Positions 42,545 to 58,400 of a stretch of 64,000 bases of DNA are shown here, in pieces. Origin of the DNA: Hormiphora californensis. Lineage: Eukaryota > Animalia > Ctenophora. Each line of letters starts with the position of its first letter. Position 1 is the stretch's first letter. Location of the stretch: the NCBI GenBank assembly GCA_020137815.1, contig CM035351.1, forward strand, positions 3,782,001-3,846,000, in the 5' to 3' direction. The notes under the pieces are model-generated. The model saw only the letters and a list, made by a program, of their open reading frames with translations. It did not search any database and had not been told where the DNA came from. Made by a program: the position numbers and the translations under genes.

Positions 42545-44003
42545 AATTCCCATTAGTGTTCCCGTTCTCCCCTGACCAAACGCTAATTAAGGAACTTGTA
42601 GAGAGTAGTAATTAATATTGTTAATACGACTGTTGGCTCTTGTGGGCCTACTGGGAGAGAGAAAGACACACATAGAGAAAGAGAGTGGGGAGAAAGATAG
42701 AGAGAACATTGCGGTGTTGGCTGAAAATAAAGCTACGTTGTGCTATTTCAAAACTCGAATAATACTAAATCGGTGTTTTTCATGGTATGGTACATGGGCC
42801 CTTTTTTTCCTTGTTCATGACAACTGTCATCACGCCTGCCGCATAACACACCCATCCACTCTAAAATATTTCGAATTTCTAATTTTTTGGCCCTTCTTCC
42901 TTTCCGCATACCTTCATACAACTTCCGGGTTCGTCGTTCATTATAACAGTCTGTAGAAAGTATAATATAGTTAGTTAACCTGTACAAATAACTTGCGAAT
43001 TTGTCATTCTCACTCCTCCCTCTCTTGTGCTCACACTATCTCATCTATCTCGCTCCCTCTCTCTCTCTTGCTGTCTCTATCACTCTATTGTGTGAGCTAA
43101 GTTTTGATAATAATATATTGTGTGGAGTTGATGGTGATGACGATCTTGAAGGTTTTATGACACTCTGACCACGTGAATTACAATGACACATGTGTCACTA
43201 CAGCATTGTTATTACTAATATTGGTGATATATTGGTTAGCTAAGATTAATGAGCATGTTGTGAAATGACCACCTTGCAGGTCGTATCTCTCTCTCAAATA
43301 GGACGCGTCTCTCTCAAATAGGACACACACACTGTAGAGTTTACAGATGATTGCTCGCCTGAATGCTTCCAACGATCCTCACATGATCATTCTACAGTGT
43401 AAAGAATCCGGCCATGCATCATGTCAAAAAGAAACAACACAAGCATAGCTCGCCTCTTGTTTATAGCGGCCTTATTTACCTCTCTCTCTCTCTATGCATG
43501 TAGCGTTGTTGTTACGGATGAACTCAAGAAAAAATATGATGATTTTATAATGTTGATTGTTGTCGTTTAATGGTATTACGCGTCAACTGTCTGTAGAGGT
43601 CTAGTTAATGGCAGTGATGGTTGACAGATCTGTCTAGTTCTATTATATTCCGTTCTGATTCCAAGGAATTTTCTGGTTATGAAGCATATTAGAAATTAAT
43701 GTTTTGGGTTTTCTATTGAATGCTTCATGGTTTGTGGAATGTTGGAAGTTTCCCCAACCATTCAGAGTTGCACTTTCGCTACAATTATAGTCGTGCACAC
43801 TTTGAATAAATGCAGGGAATTATCATAGCAAGGCTTTGCTACATTGTAGTAGTGGGCCTTCACTATATTGCAGTAGGTATGTGGTACACATCAATGTACA
43901 CGTTTGATCGGTATGTCTTTTTGACCTCTAGCTGTGGCAGCTGTCTATATTGGACCTGTCTTCAGTTAGTTTCAACAACAATCGAGACTGAATACACGCA
44001 ATT

Positions 44004-44356
44004 CAGTTAGTTAGTTTGTTGAAGTTGTCTTCAGTCGGTTAGTTTGTTAAGGTTGTCTTCAGTTAGTTAGTTTGTTAAGGTTGTCTTCAGTTAATTACTT
44101 TGTTAAGGTTGTCTTCAGTTAGTTAGTTTGTTGAGGTTGTCTTCAGTTAATTACTTTGTTAAGGTTGTCTTCAGTTAGTTAGTTTGTTAAGGTTGTCTTC
44201 AGTTAGTTAGTTTGTTAAGGTTGTCTTCAGTTAGTTAGTTTGTTAAGGTTGTCTTCAGTTAGTTAGTTTGTTAAGGTTGTCTTCAGTTAATTACTTTGTT
44301 AAGGTTGTCTTCAGTCGGTTAGTTTGTTAAGGTTGCCTTCAGTCTGTTAGTTTGTT
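44004..44356. repeat. 28 bp minisatellite (AGTTTGTTAAGGTTGTCTTCAGTTAGTT)
   Basis: About 12 tandem copies. Confidence 0.9.
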
Positions 44357-44696
44357 GAGGCTATTTATCGTTCTCTACCATGGGTTTCTAGGAATTCCCA
44401 GTAGCTTGTACATTATAGTGTTTAGTACGCTCCTGAATAACCAAACACACACACATAACTCTGAGCGGGCATGGTGCACTCTATATCGGCTAGTGACACA
44501 GGAGGGACATCATTTAAATTGGGGGTATCGAGCTGTGTATACATTATATTGGTCCCACCCACTAGATCACTCTATTAATATCTTGGTTATGAAATAACCA
44601 AATTAATATCCTTCTTCTACTGCTGAGTTTGTGTGAGTTCCTTGATGAGTTGATCTATTGGGAAGCCAGACCTTTTTTGTATCGTTTTTCTTTGTT

Positions 44697-44732
<36 letters not shown>

Positions 44733-44999
44733 CTCTCCTCCTCCTCATCGTCTCTCGGCTCTGTCGCTCCTCATTCATTCCTCTCCTCTCTCTTCTTCCC
44801 TCTCTCTCTCTCTCTTCTCATCTCTCTCTCTCTCTCTCTCTCTCTCATCAGTCTCTTCTCCTCAGTCTCCTGCTCTCATCTCTCCTCTCTCTCCTCTCAC
44901 ACTCATGCCTTCTACATAAAGTAGTACAACAGTAAAACAAAGTGCAATCTCTTGATTAAGCCTGTTACTACTACAAAGAGAGAGAGAGAGAGAGAGAGG

Positions 45000-45057
<58 letters not shown>

Positions 45058-46593
45058 AAAAGAGAGAGAGAGAGAGGGGTGAATTGTGAAATAAAGAGCA
45101 ACCTAGGAGGCGCTCTCCAGGGGGGACCGTGTATCAATTCACCCGTGTATGCTATTATATTTGCTGATGTTGCCCCTAATGTGTGTTGATATTGCCCTCT
45201 TTATTAACAGCAGCAGTCTCGTACTGCGTGGCTATAAGGTTGGGTCAATGCCAAATTTGGTCACGCACACTGTCCTAAGTTGTTCTGAGTCTGGGTTATG
45301 CCGGGTCCAGTGGTAGGTAGCGAGGACATATTTTGGAAGGGCTCAGTTAAAAATATCATTTTTGTCACATATCGATTATGTTTATTTCTTTTATTGTGAG
45401 AACTCTCACACGATCATCAATACACACTCACCTAGAGTGTACACGGATATAGAACTATCAGTTCGTCGAGTTATAATTCGGCACACACGCACAATAGTGT
45501 TTGTAAGGTATAAAATTATTGTTTCCGATGCTATGAATGAGTGGTGCGTGATTGATGGTGATGTAAGATTTAAGATGACTGGGTTTTGTTTTTTCACCCT
45601 TGTTTTAAATAAACTTAGTGAAGGAGGATGAACATAATACACAATGTTGTTTATAATGTGAACCTTGTGTTTGATCAGTTCAATTCCGCAAAGTTTTCAT
45701 GAGGTGGCCTTACATTGATACTCTTTATGGCCTTATATTGATACTCTTTATGGCCTTATATTGATACGTCTTAGGCCGGTATGAGGAGGTGTGTGAGAGA
45801 GTTATAGTGCGATAGATATAGCCAATCATAGCTTGCAACAATCAAGAACTCTTGAAAAATCCATATGTGTACAAAATACGGACAAGACTGTCTGCACCAT
45901 GTAATGGGAGTATTACTTAGTTTGTCATTTCTCTCTGTTTGAAATTTAGCTAGAACATAAGCCTGGAAGTACAGTTAACAATGTCCAGATAAAGAGGGAG
46001 AGAGAGACATGTTTTCTACGTCTTAGCAGCTCTCCATCATAGTCACTGTCTTTTGCTGTCTTTCACTATACCTGAAAGTGATGAAAGGCCTCTGCGGCTG
46101 AGAGCTTCTTCTCAGAGAGTAGGGCGCAGGGTTTCTCTCTATCTCTCTCTCTCACTTGATTCGCTGTTTCTCAATTCTAGTCGGATAGGGGAAGCAATTA
46201 TATAGTCTGGATATATTTAATGCACTCTAGTGCAGCAGCAGTCGTTAGGTTTTTATATATCTTTGATGATCTTGAGTGAGGTGTTTTACTCCCATATATC
46301 TGATATTCGTATTGACAGCATGTTATGTGCAGAATGTGCTAGGCTCCCCCCTCTGTTATACTATGTGATACCTTGTCAGCCTTCATGTCGTCGTTGGTAG
46401 TATTGCTTTCGGGAGCTTTGTTTGACGGCGGCGGCCGCTACACACATTTCTGTTGCCCTGATATATATTACCTATGACGTAACCACACAAACATTATAAC
46501 TAGCCCAACACCAGAAGTGTCTCCTGTGTCCCCGATATGTCCCGCCATGGATCGGCTTAGCAGTCCGTGGAAGATTAGGCCACCCTCCACATA

Positions 46594-46731
46594 ATGTCAA
46601 AGTTCATTAACTCAGCGGGGGCCCGGAGGGGCCGTATTGAAAAGATGCCCGATCTCAATCTATTCCAAAGGCGACGGTGCGTCCAGACTTCTGAGGTCTT
46701 TGGAACGTTCTTTGACGATCGCAATGAAAAG
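46594..46731 (+). CDS. Candidate alternative N-terminal exon 5 of Nav2 (MSKFINSAGARRGRIEK...FGTFFDDRNEK)
   Basis: In-frame TAG upstream, ATG at 46594, 46 codons, phase-0 donor GTAAGA at 46732. Confidence 0.7.
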
Positions 46732-46843
46732 GTAAGAGGATATTTACAGTTTATATTGTTGTGCAGTTGTTTTGACGGAGAGGAAACTGGCGACTGTCAA
46801 GGGTGATAGGTGAGACCACCCAATACCGATGGAGAGAGAAACG

Positions 46844-46972
46844 GTTTCAGGTCAGGTGTCAGGTTTTAAATAAGGTTTCAGGTCAGGTGTCAGGTTTTAG
46901 ATAAGGTGTCAGGTTTTAGATAAGGTGTCAGGTTTTAGATAAGGTGTCAGGTTAGGTGCCAGGTTTTAGATA
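46844..46972. repeat. About 19 bp minisatellite (AGGTGTCAGGTTTTAGATA)
   Basis: Tandem copies starting about 110 nt downstream of the donor at 46732. Confidence 0.8.
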
Positions 46973-47298
46973 ATAGATGAGGTTGCTCTTGGCAGCTTAG
47001 GTGTCAGGTGACAAGTTGTAGATAAGGTCGCCCTTGGCAGGTGTCAGGTCAAGTGTCATGTCACACACTTTTCAACGAATAACCGTTCAATTTTGTACAT
47101 TTTATACATAGATTTATAAAGTACAATCAGTAGGTACCTATGTTGCTACTCCATGGAAACAAATCTCAACATCGACAGTCGACACACATAATTGAATAGT
47201 TGCTCGATGTGCGGGTAGTTAAAAACTTGCTACAAGCTTTTGCAATTTTTTGGCATAGGGGGGAACTAACACTTCACCTCTGTCTTGTTCCGCTGGCT

Positions 47299-47370
<72 letters not shown>

Positions 47371-47529
47371 CCTCACTTAAATCCATCACGGGTACTGGTA
47401 ATTGAAAAAAGAAAGAACGCAGTCTGAAGTACCTCCGTTGTCATGTGAAATGGACAAAAAGTAACACTTGTTCACTAACAAGGTGGCCGTGTCAAGAGTG
47501 TGAATAAAACTGAATAGAGAGAAAGACGG

Positions 47530-47613
<84 letters not shown>

Positions 47614-48732
47614 GGAGAGAGAGAAAGAGAGAGAGAAGGAGAGGGAGAGAGGACGTGTTACATTACGTTTATTTTGCGTTTAATAGTTCTATGCGGGTTG
47701 GGATGTTGCGGGGGCGTATTAGGAATGAAATCACTAAACATTGTAAATTCTTGATCATATGAGCCTCAATCTTGCATACAATGATAGATTCCATCATTTT
47801 TTGTTGATATTACTTGTGGAATGTGGGCAATTCCATCATTTTTTGACTCAGATAGTTGAAATCTCTCCCTTTTCAAATGCATTTAGATGATATTCACACA
47901 CATTCAGGTGCTGAGTCTATAACTTGATATAATATGCTGTCTCCACTAATGATTCATTGAGTGAGACAGCAATATTTTGACGGGCTTACGGCACACATGT
48001 GCTCCAACTTTTGCAGTCTGCCTCCTGATTCCTTTTCCTCCCCATAAAATCAGTACCTATAACTATAACCTGTGTCCCATATTATCATGATTATGTTTTG
48101 TTTGTAGTTGCCATGGTACCCTAAGATGCCTTCCCGGGGAGCAAGGCGATATAATTAACTGGTCTTTAATTACTAAGACTTATTAGCTCCAGTCTCCATT
48201 ATAATATATGAGCTACTCCGTCGGATCTAGCTGATTTTCTAGCCACGGTCTAATCCCTATTATATAGCTGTTTCTCTAGTCCCGGTATAACCCTTTATCG
48301 CTTTTTACGCTAGCAGAATACGGTATGAAAACTTCATAACTGGCCGCTTTTTTAAACTCCACATCCCGTCACTGCGTTCTGTAACCACAGTTTTTATAAG
48401 CGGGGACAGCAGGCACTAAGGTGGTAGAGCGGAGTGCAGTATACATTAATGAAGACACCTTGTCGGTTTTACTCTGAAGATCCAATTGGTAGTGAAACTC
48501 AGAGTAATCATAGGGATCCTGGAGAATGGGACGATAGTCGACATGTTAGATCTTTGGAGAGAGAGTGAGAGAGAGGGAGAGAGAGGGAGAGAGATGGACA
48601 GAGAGAGAGAGATCAGCTTACGACGCTTATTATAGAGGCTGATATATTATAACTGATGATCTTCTCTGTTCCCACACTTCACGTACCTGTCAGTCAGTAC
48701 GGCTAAATCCGTTCACACAATCTTTCTCTCCC

Positions 48733-48875
<143 letters not shown>

Positions 48876-49028
48876 CTCTTGCTCTCCCAATATATCTATC
48901 TATCTCTACATCTATCTCTGTCTCTCAGTCTCAGGCGTTGGACAATAGCCTGACCGATGCGCCATCGCTTGTGTGATGATTGCCGAGAGTATCAGTTAAT
49001 ATAATCATGTACGCTTGCCAGAGGGAGC

Positions 49029-49107
<79 letters not shown>

Positions 49108-49552
49108 ATTGCACTACCACTTCACATGACCCTCTGTCTAATGGGATTAGCTGCTGCAGCACGTATTATTATAGGGCAACAACTCAGCTTCTTATATATT
49201 TGTTTTTACTTGAAGACTAGCCCTCCCTCTCTCTCATCTCCATCTCTATCTTTGGGGTATCTTTCTCCCGTTTTCTCTTGTTTTCTTGTTTTGGTCAATG
49301 CTTTAATGCTTGAATTACACTGCACGTTTATGAGTTATCCTTGCATCATACAGGGGATCTGAGACATCTCTGTCTATCTTTTCTTCTTTCTACTTTTCTC
49401 TCACTATTTAATTCTCTCGTTCTCTCTCTTTCTCTCTCTCTCTCTGTCTTTCTTTATACAGTTCTCCCCCATTTGTCTTCCCCGTAGCCTGTCACATGTA
49501 CACATGACCCATTGATTGTATGCCGCAATCAGTGCAATGTGCATGAAGTGGG

Positions 49553-49668
<116 letters not shown>

Positions 49669-50413
49669 ATGACCAGAGATTATAGTCTATTGGGTCTGTC
49701 AGCGCGACTACAGCTAGTGTTGCCTAATTTTGTCAACTACACTCTGCTACAAGTAGACATTAAAGCATAATAGTTGGGTCTAGTTTCTAATAGGTGTGTC
49801 CAGTGGACATTGTCCACACCTATTAGGAACTATGTCACTGGACATAGTGCTATATCGACATCCGCATATTGCGAGAAAGATCAGCGACTGAAAGAGAAAA
49901 TGAGAGCCGATAGAGAGTGAGAGAGGGATAGTGAGAGTGATATAGAATGTGAAGAACGAAAACGGAAAGAGAGAATCAAGACTGTATCATCATCAACAAT
50001 ATATTTCTGTGTGTGTATTTTAATCTGTTGCACTGAAAACTCCTCCCAAGTGAGATACATATGGCGTATAATTAACCCCCATGCACTGTGTGTATAATTA
50101 TACCACTCTGCACTTTTGCCAGCCGTGCACATACACCCTACTAGGGCCGGGGGTGGGGATATAAAACATACAATTTCTGTTTTCCATCTCTTTTTTCTCA
50201 CACTCCGTTTTCCTTGAGGGATTAATATAGCGGAACTGCCTAAATTAGCTGGGTAAGCTGGTGGTGGTGGAATGGTGGGGGGCTCACCTCTCATGAATGT
50301 GTTGGACTGTTGCTCGACCTAATTGTCCCCCCTCCCCTACAACAACGTGTGTGTTGTACTGTTGTATAATATGCTACTGCTTCAGTCAACGTGAGAGGGA
50401 GGGGAGAGAGAAA

Positions 50414-50545
<132 letters not shown>

Positions 50546-50809
50546 CAGGGTGAGAGTGAGAGAGAGAGAGAGAGAGAGTGAAAGGGAAGAAGAAGGAAGA
50601 TATTATGCCTAAGTAAAAGATGGAATGATAATTTTGTAGCTCTTCTTCTTTTTCTCCTTTTATTTGAGTTGAGTTCAATTTATCTACTACGACTATATTG
50701 CCAGGCTCTCTCGAGAGCTCCATTTGAGACTCTATAAATTCTCCCATACATATTATTTGACCTCCCCATCCATCTTCCTCTTTATCAAAAAGAGAAAGAC
50801 CATATAGAT

Positions 50810-50845
<36 letters not shown>

Positions 50846-51877
50846 TCTCTGGAGCGATTAGACCTTGAGAGATGTCCGAGAGAATCGTAGCTAAAAGGTC
50901 CGGTCTTTGAGATTCTTTTCTGCGGCAGCTGGAAGGGTTGATGTATTACATCAGTCTTTTGTGTATTAAACAACATGGTAGTAGTTCAATTTGTTTATTG
51001 AGACTCGACTGATTTTGATAGTCTATCTATTTATCATCTCCCGTCTATCGTTTTGCCCTCTAAACATTTTTACCCGTCTAATAGTGAACCAATGAGTAAT
51101 AAGAGAGGAGAGATAGCGAGAGAGTCAGAGAGATTCAAAGCCACTGCTAATGAACATGCGGGATGTGTAGCAGATTGGATTGATCCCTACTACTGGGATG
51201 GCGAAACCGATAAAGAAGATAGAGAGGGAGAGAGGGAGAGAGAAAGATAGAGAGAAAGATAGAGAGAAAGATAGAGAGAAAGATAGATATCAGTGAGTCC
51301 ACTAGGGATATCATCCTCCTCATCTTCTTCATCATAGTATCTTCTAACACGCGCCTTCGCGAGAGATATCATCACATGGCAGCTGAACTCTCTGCACTAT
51401 GTTAGGGTTGTACTTCTCCTCCTTGGTTTATTATTAATTAGACCTGCTGCACCCGCCCTCTTCCTGAGTAGGTGCACTTGTGAGTACACATTTGCCCTTT
51501 TTTGTTGAAACCTAGTCCCCTCTTTCTCTCTAGCTAAGTGCAATCAGTATACTTACAGATATTTTTCATTTCATAGTGGGATGCTAAATTGAGATCTAAG
51601 TTAGATCATCTAGCGGGTCATGTATGTAAGAAGTTAATTGGATGAATATATAATGTATGTACATTTTAGGCAAACATGAAATTAGGATACCTACTGCATA
51701 GCTTAGCAAAACTTTAATTGGTGTATTAGGTTTCCTAAACTTTTATATACAGAGTCCTATATTCGCCCTCTCCCTCTTTTAAACTGTTGGCTGTAATGGC
51801 CCCAGTTAATTGAGCCATTACCCTCACAGTGTGCGTCCGTGAGAGTACACGCCTTGTTATATAGAGAACAGGATATA

Positions 51878-51944
<67 letters not shown>

Positions 51945-52451
51945 CCTTTATTTTTCTCTTTTTGTAGGAATGCGGCTTTTAACGATTGTAAATTTTGCGT
52001 AGAATATACAAACCGTCTATCTTTTTGTGTCCTCTCCATCCCTAGTCTTCTCTCTCTGTGAGTACTTTATGATGAATACTCTGTTATGTGGCTAATTAAG
52101 GTTCACATATGTATTGATGCAGTAGACGAAGTGTCTTAGGTCAAAGACAAATCATACTATTATTACAGTCCTTTAGCACACGTACAAGTTACTAGAATTA
52201 AGTTTTTGAGTTGCTCTAGATCGTTGAGGAGTGGTTCTGTTTTATCATAAAACAAAACCACTCCTCAAAACTTTTTATGTACTGCATTATCTATGTTCCT
52301 CATGTTCCCCATATAACATGTTGTCCATGGTAACGCTATATTATAATTGACCTGCGTATGTTAGATAGTCATAAGGCCGCTAACCCTCATTTATTGTTTA
52401 CATGTAGGATATATAATATATATATCTAGTATCTATAGCTGAAACCTGGTA

Positions 52452-52588
52452 CAGAAGGACCCCGATTTAGTTTGTGCGGTAAACCAGGGTGCCCGGTATA
52501 TCAGGGTCAAATACCGTTTATTTCCCATTTCAGGGGAAGTTTATATCCTCCCGGTAAATCGGGGTTCTGGTAAATCAGAGTCTGACTG
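52452..52588. mobile_element. Diverged copy of the CAGTCGGACCCCGAT MITE family; further relics at ~8382-8466 and ~11155-11290
   Basis: TA-CAGAAGGACCCCGATTT...AAATCAGAGTCTGACTG-TA. Confidence 0.65.
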
Positions 52589-52924
52589 TATGTCGAAACG
52601 ACCGTCGACCAGTCACTACCATGATATGAAAAACTACAAACCTAGGCCATTTATATCGTAAAGATAGGGATAAATGTAAGCGCTGTGAGATATGTCTATT
52701 GCAAGCATATCATCCTTTCTATAAGACTGAAAATTGAGATTTGGTCTGTTTGACTTTGGTTTAACTTGTGGAATTACACAGTTTGAAATAAGAGTCCACC
52801 GCGGCCTTTAGATTGAGCATGCTGATACAGTACCTAGCATGTCTAGTTTTTTTTGCTCATAAACATTTCTATTCAACAGATGGAATATATATTCTATTGT
52901 ATCTTTGACGATATGCATCTCTCT

Positions 52925-52981
<57 letters not shown>

Positions 52982-53157
52982 CTGCTCTCTCTCTATAGTC
53001 TATCTTCTTGTGAGAGTTCTATGAATGCTCTAGTCTTTCACTAGGTGGCTCCATCCTCTCTCTCTCTATCATTGCTGATCATCGCTAAGTTGCTGCTAGT
53101 GAGAGTTATGAGGTTAGCTTCCAGGTGCCACTCCTCTCCCGAGTGTGATAGATGTTG

Positions 53158-53211
<54 letters not shown>

Positions 53212-53846
53212 ACTTTCCTATAAGACTGTATATTTGACCACTTCTCTCTCTTTTTGTCTCGTCGCTATCGCTTTTTTGCTGATCTCTACAAATCCAATTA
53301 CAGGCCATATTTTTTCTAATTTTTATCCCAATTAAAACACTTAATTTCTGTGAACTGATCGGTAAAGTAACGTAATGTAAACGTTTAAATTTTGTTAGGC
53401 ACATATCTCTCTCTCAGCACATGCAATGGTCATACATCTCAATCTTCATTCTCTCGAGACATCTTATCTCTCTATGTTTTAAGTTTTAAACCATATGCTA
53501 TCAAGGGGGGGGGGGAGGTTATACCAGAGTATAGATTCTATAGTATCGAAGACACCTCACACTCTGTTTAGGTCGCCGGGCGACCTTCGCGCGCTGGCAA
53601 GGGGTAACTTCGTAACCAAATAGATTCTATAGTATTTATGTTCTTTTTTCCTAGCTCAATTTGCTTTTCTTTTTTTTGCTTTCCTAGCTCGACCCTCTTT
53701 CTGTGTAAAGGACATATATCTGCTGAGTATAAATAGAGTTCTGTATCGTCTCCTCCCACCCTGGTGGACTGCAGCTGTTGTCTGCTGGTACTGTGCAGCT
53801 GGTGATGATAGGAGCTTGTTTGAGATCCCGCCTTGTTTTCGGGGAG

Positions 53847-54015
<169 letters not shown>

Positions 54016-54927
54016 GAGAGACAGAGACAGAGAAAGAGGGGGAGGGAAAGAGAATGACAATGAATTATAAATGAAAAAAGCATTTTGCTTGAAGAGGAGA
54101 ATAGAAAAGCAGCCGCGGGCGTTAGAAATAATCACACATAAGGTTCTCTGGACATGCACTATACGATATGTGAATGTAGCTGCATTTTCTCTTTACGCAT
54201 GTAAAAAGCTCAAAGCAAGCAATGTGTAGCTGCAGTGGGCAGTAGACGGTGTCTGCTTCATGTTCCCCCCTACTGCTGCTTTAGTAATTCTTCATACTAC
54301 TCGTGATGTGCTAGTGTCGGATCTCAAGCATCACACACGTCACACCCCCTCCCATGTACATTCTGGCATACTGTCAGTGTCTTACTACTTCTAATGTTCT
54401 TCTTTGGAGCTGTCTCAATCCGGCTAGTACAAGGGGATTCGTTCCCAAACACTTCTCCACTGGTTTATCTCAGTATTTCCCATTGTGCATCTTTACCTCT
54501 GACTATAGTATTTCTTGGTACTAAGTGACCTCAATTTCGGAACGCTTATGACCTCAATTGAGAGAGCTATCAATGCCTGTTTTTCTCTCTGGAAGTATAA
54601 ATCTCTCGCTTTATCTCAATTTCTACAAATCAGAAGCTTTTGTGACTCCACTTTTTCTCTGAGATCAGTTTAATCATTAGCATATAAACCAAGTACTGAG
54701 TACTCTGTTATAGCTCTTGTCTCTGAGTGATACCAGATATATATATTGTGGCTACCAATACCCAACGTTCCCTTGTAGATCACCAGATATAGATTGTTTT
54801 ACCTGCAATAATATGAGGCAGTAGTAGAGACCTGTGTGTACACATGATTTGTACTACAGGAGGAGTTTCTTCAAATCTGTGAGAGGATATATAATATCAG
54901 CTGAGAGGCCGCTGCTGCTAGTCGAGC

Positions 54928-55059
54928 ATGTCCAAGTTTCTAAGTGGGGCTGCTTTTAGGAGCGGTTCCAGAAAGGGGAAACGGTTACAGGATCATGCGG
55001 CTCATTTGTCCGGTCCTAAAGTTACCCAGGAGATGGGATTCGGTGATACCGATCCAAAG
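54928..55059 (+). CDS. Candidate alternative (most proximal) N-terminal exon 6 of Nav2 (MSKFLSGAAFRSGSRKGKR...MGFGDTDPK)
   Basis: In-frame TAG upstream, ATG at 54928, 44 codons, phase-0 donor GTAATA at 55060; shares the MSKF start with exon 5. Confidence 0.7.
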
Positions 55060-55067
55060 GTAATATA

Positions 55068-55358
55068 TGTGTTGCCTAGGAGATCAGGTGTTGCCTAGGA
55101 GATCAGGTGTTACCTAGGAGATCAGGTGTTACCTAGGAGATCAGGTGTTAGTTAGGAGATCAGGTGTTGCCTAGGAGATCAGGTGTTGCCTAGGGGATCA
55201 GGTGTTGCCTAGGAGATCAGGTGTTACCTAGGAGATCAGGTGTTACCTAGGAGATCAGGTGTTACCTAGGAGATCAGGTGTTACCTAGGAGATCAGGTGT
55301 TACCTAGGAGATCAGGTGTTGCCTATGAGATCAGGTGTTACCTAGGAGATCAGGTGTT
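55068..55358. repeat. 19 bp minisatellite (GTGTTACCTAGGAGATCAG)
   Basis: About 15 tandem copies starting 8 nt after the donor at 55060. Confidence 0.9.
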
Positions 55359-55451
55359 TAGACTCAGTTCAAGGTGCTAAGGATGAAATTTCAGAACTTT
55401 GGTTAAATTGAGGGGGATCATGGGATCTAGATACCAACATGTGTACGTTAT

Positions 55452-58400
55452 CAGGGTGTGAACTGCATGTCGTGTTTGCTAGTCGCGAGCGCGCTTGCGA
55501 GACAAGCAAACACGTCAAGGTTCATTAACAAGCATGCTGCTCAGTCATTTTAGATTTAATACACAATGTAAGGATACCATGTAATAGGTGAGACTCTTGC
55601 CGTCACCCTTGTTCAAGTCCCGTGAAAAACGGAGCAGTACACGCAAACTGATGCCCATTTTCCTCGCGTGACCCCGATTCAGCAGTTTGAGACACCAACT
55701 CTTTAGGGGGCCATATCTCAGGAACCAGACAAGATAGGAAAAATCGCCGTCTAACGAGGCGTACAGTTTTTAATCTAGTTTACCACTGTACCGGCCGTTT
55801 CACTCTCCGACCTAAAACAAAAATCGCAACCCCACAAAACTTCAAAATAATGAAATTCGCATCTCGCATGTCGTGTTGCATGTCGTGTTGCATGTCGTGT
55901 CATGTTATTGACGCGCTCGCGTTCAACTCTCACACAGCAGCTGCAGAACATGGCGGGAAACATCGAGGAGTAGAGAGAGGGTCGGTGCCGAATCAAATAT
56001 TTCTTGATCTTGATCTACTCCATCTCTCAGCTATCCTACCCCTCATCAACTCGATCTCTCAGCTACCCTACCCCTCATCTACTCCATCTTTCAGCTACCC
56101 TACCCCTCATCTACTCCATCTCTCTGCTACCCTACTCCTCATCTACTCCATCTCTCAGCTTCCCTATTAGGGAAGCATAGAGATGGAAACGATTAGGGGT
56201 AGGGAATCCCTATCCATAATCATTTCCATCTCTATGCTTCCCTAGCCCTCATCAACTCCATCTTTCAGCTACCCTACCCCTCATCAACTCCATCTTTCAG
56301 CTACCCTACCCCTAATCTAGTCCATCTCTCCGCTACCCTACTCCTCATCTACTCCATCTCTCAGCTACCCTACCTCCCATTTACTCCATCTCTCAGCTAC
56401 CCTACCTCCCATTTACTCCATCTCTCAGCTTCCCTACCTCCCATTTACTCCATCTCTCAGCTTACCTACCTCCCATTTACTCCATATCTCAGATACCCTA
56501 CCTCCCATTTACTCCATCTCTCAGCTTACCTACCTTCCATTTACTCCATCTCTCAGCTTCCCTACCTCCCATTTACTCCATCCCTCAGCTACCCTACCTC
56601 CCATTTGATCCATCTCTCAGCTTCCCTACCTCCCATTTACTCCATCTCTCAGCTTCCCTACCTCCCATTTACTCCATCTCTCAGCTTACCTACCTCCCAT
56701 TTACTCCAAATCTCAGCTTCCCTACCTGCCATTTACTCCATCTCTCAGCTTCCCTACCTCCCATTTACTCCATCCCTCAGCTACCCTACCTTCCATTTGA
56801 TCCATCTCTCAGCTTCCCTACCTCCCATTTACTCCATTTCTCAGCTACCCTACCTCCCATTTACTCCATCTCTCAGCTTCCCTACCTCCCATTTACTCCA
56901 TCTCTCAGCTACCCTACCTCCCATTTACTCCATCTCTCAGCTTCCCTACCTCCCATTTACTCCATCCCTCAGCTTCCCTACCTCCCATTTACTCTATCTC
57001 TCAGCTACCCTACCACCCATTCACTCCATCTCTCAGCTTTCCTACCTCCCATTTACTCCATCTCTCAGCTTCCCTACCTCCCATTTACTCCATCTCTCAG
57101 CTTCCCTACCTCCCATTTACTCCATCTCTCAGGGGTAGGAATGTTAGGATAAATGAGAGATGGAGTAAATGGGAGGTAGGGAAGCTGAGAGATGGAGTAA
57201 ATGGGAGGTAGGGTAGCTGAGAGATGGAGTAAATGGGAGGTAGGGAAGTTGAGAGATGGAGTAAATGGGAGGTAGGGAAGCTGAGGGATGGAGTAAATGG
57301 GAGGTAGGGAAGCTGAGAGATGGCTGATGGAGTAAATGGGAGGTAGGGAAGCTGAGAGATGGAGTAAATGGGTGGTAGGGTAGCTGAGAGATGGAGTGAA
57401 TGGGAGGTAGGGTAGCTGAGAGATGGAGTAAATGGGAGGCAGGGATGGAGTAAATGGGAGGTAGGGAAGCTGAGGGATGGAGTAAATGGGAGGTAGGGAA
57501 GCTGAGAGATGGAGTAAATGGGAGGTAGGGTAGCTGATAGATGGAGTGAATGGGAGGTTGGGTAGCTGAGAGATGGAGTAAATGGGAGGTAGGGAAGCTG
57601 AGAGATGGAGTAAATGGGAGGTAGGGAAGCTGAGAGATGGAGTAAATGGGAGGTAGGGAAGCTGAGAGATGGAGTAAATGGGAGGTAGGGTATCTGAAAG
57701 ATGGAGTAAATGGCAGGTAGGGAAGCTGAGATATGGAGTAAATGGGAGGTAGGTAAGCTGAGAGATGGAGTAAATGGGAGGTAGGGAAGCTGAGAGATGG
57801 AGTAAATGGGAGGTAAGGAAGCTGAGAGATGGAGTAAATGGGAGGTAGGGTAGCTGATAGATGGAGTGAATGGGAGGTTGGGTAGCTGAGAGATGGAGTA
57901 AATGGGAGGTAGGGAAGCTGAGAGATGGAGTAAATGGGAGGTAGGGAAGCTGAGAGATGGAGTAAATGGGAGGTAGGTAAGCTGAGAGATGGAGTAAATG
58001 GGAGGTAGGGTATCTGAAAGATGGAGTAAATGGCAGGTAGGGAAGCTGAGATATGGAGTAAATGGCATGTAGGTAAGCTGAGAGATGGAGTAAATGGGAG
58101 GAAGGGAAGCTGAGAGATGGAGTAAATGGGAGGCAGGGATGGAGTAAATGGGAGGAAGGGAAGCTGAGAGATGGAGTAAATGGAAGGTAAGGTAGCTGAG
58201 AGATGGAGTAAATGGGAGGTAAGGAAGCTGAGAGATGGAGTAAATGGGAGGTAGGGTAGCTGAGAGATGGAGTAAATGGGAGGAAGGGAAGCTGAGAGAT
58301 GGAGTAAATGGAAGGTAAGGTAGCTGAGAGATGGAGTAAATGGGAGGTAGGGAAGCTGAGAGATGGAGTAAATGGGAGGTAGGGTAGCTGAGAGATGGAC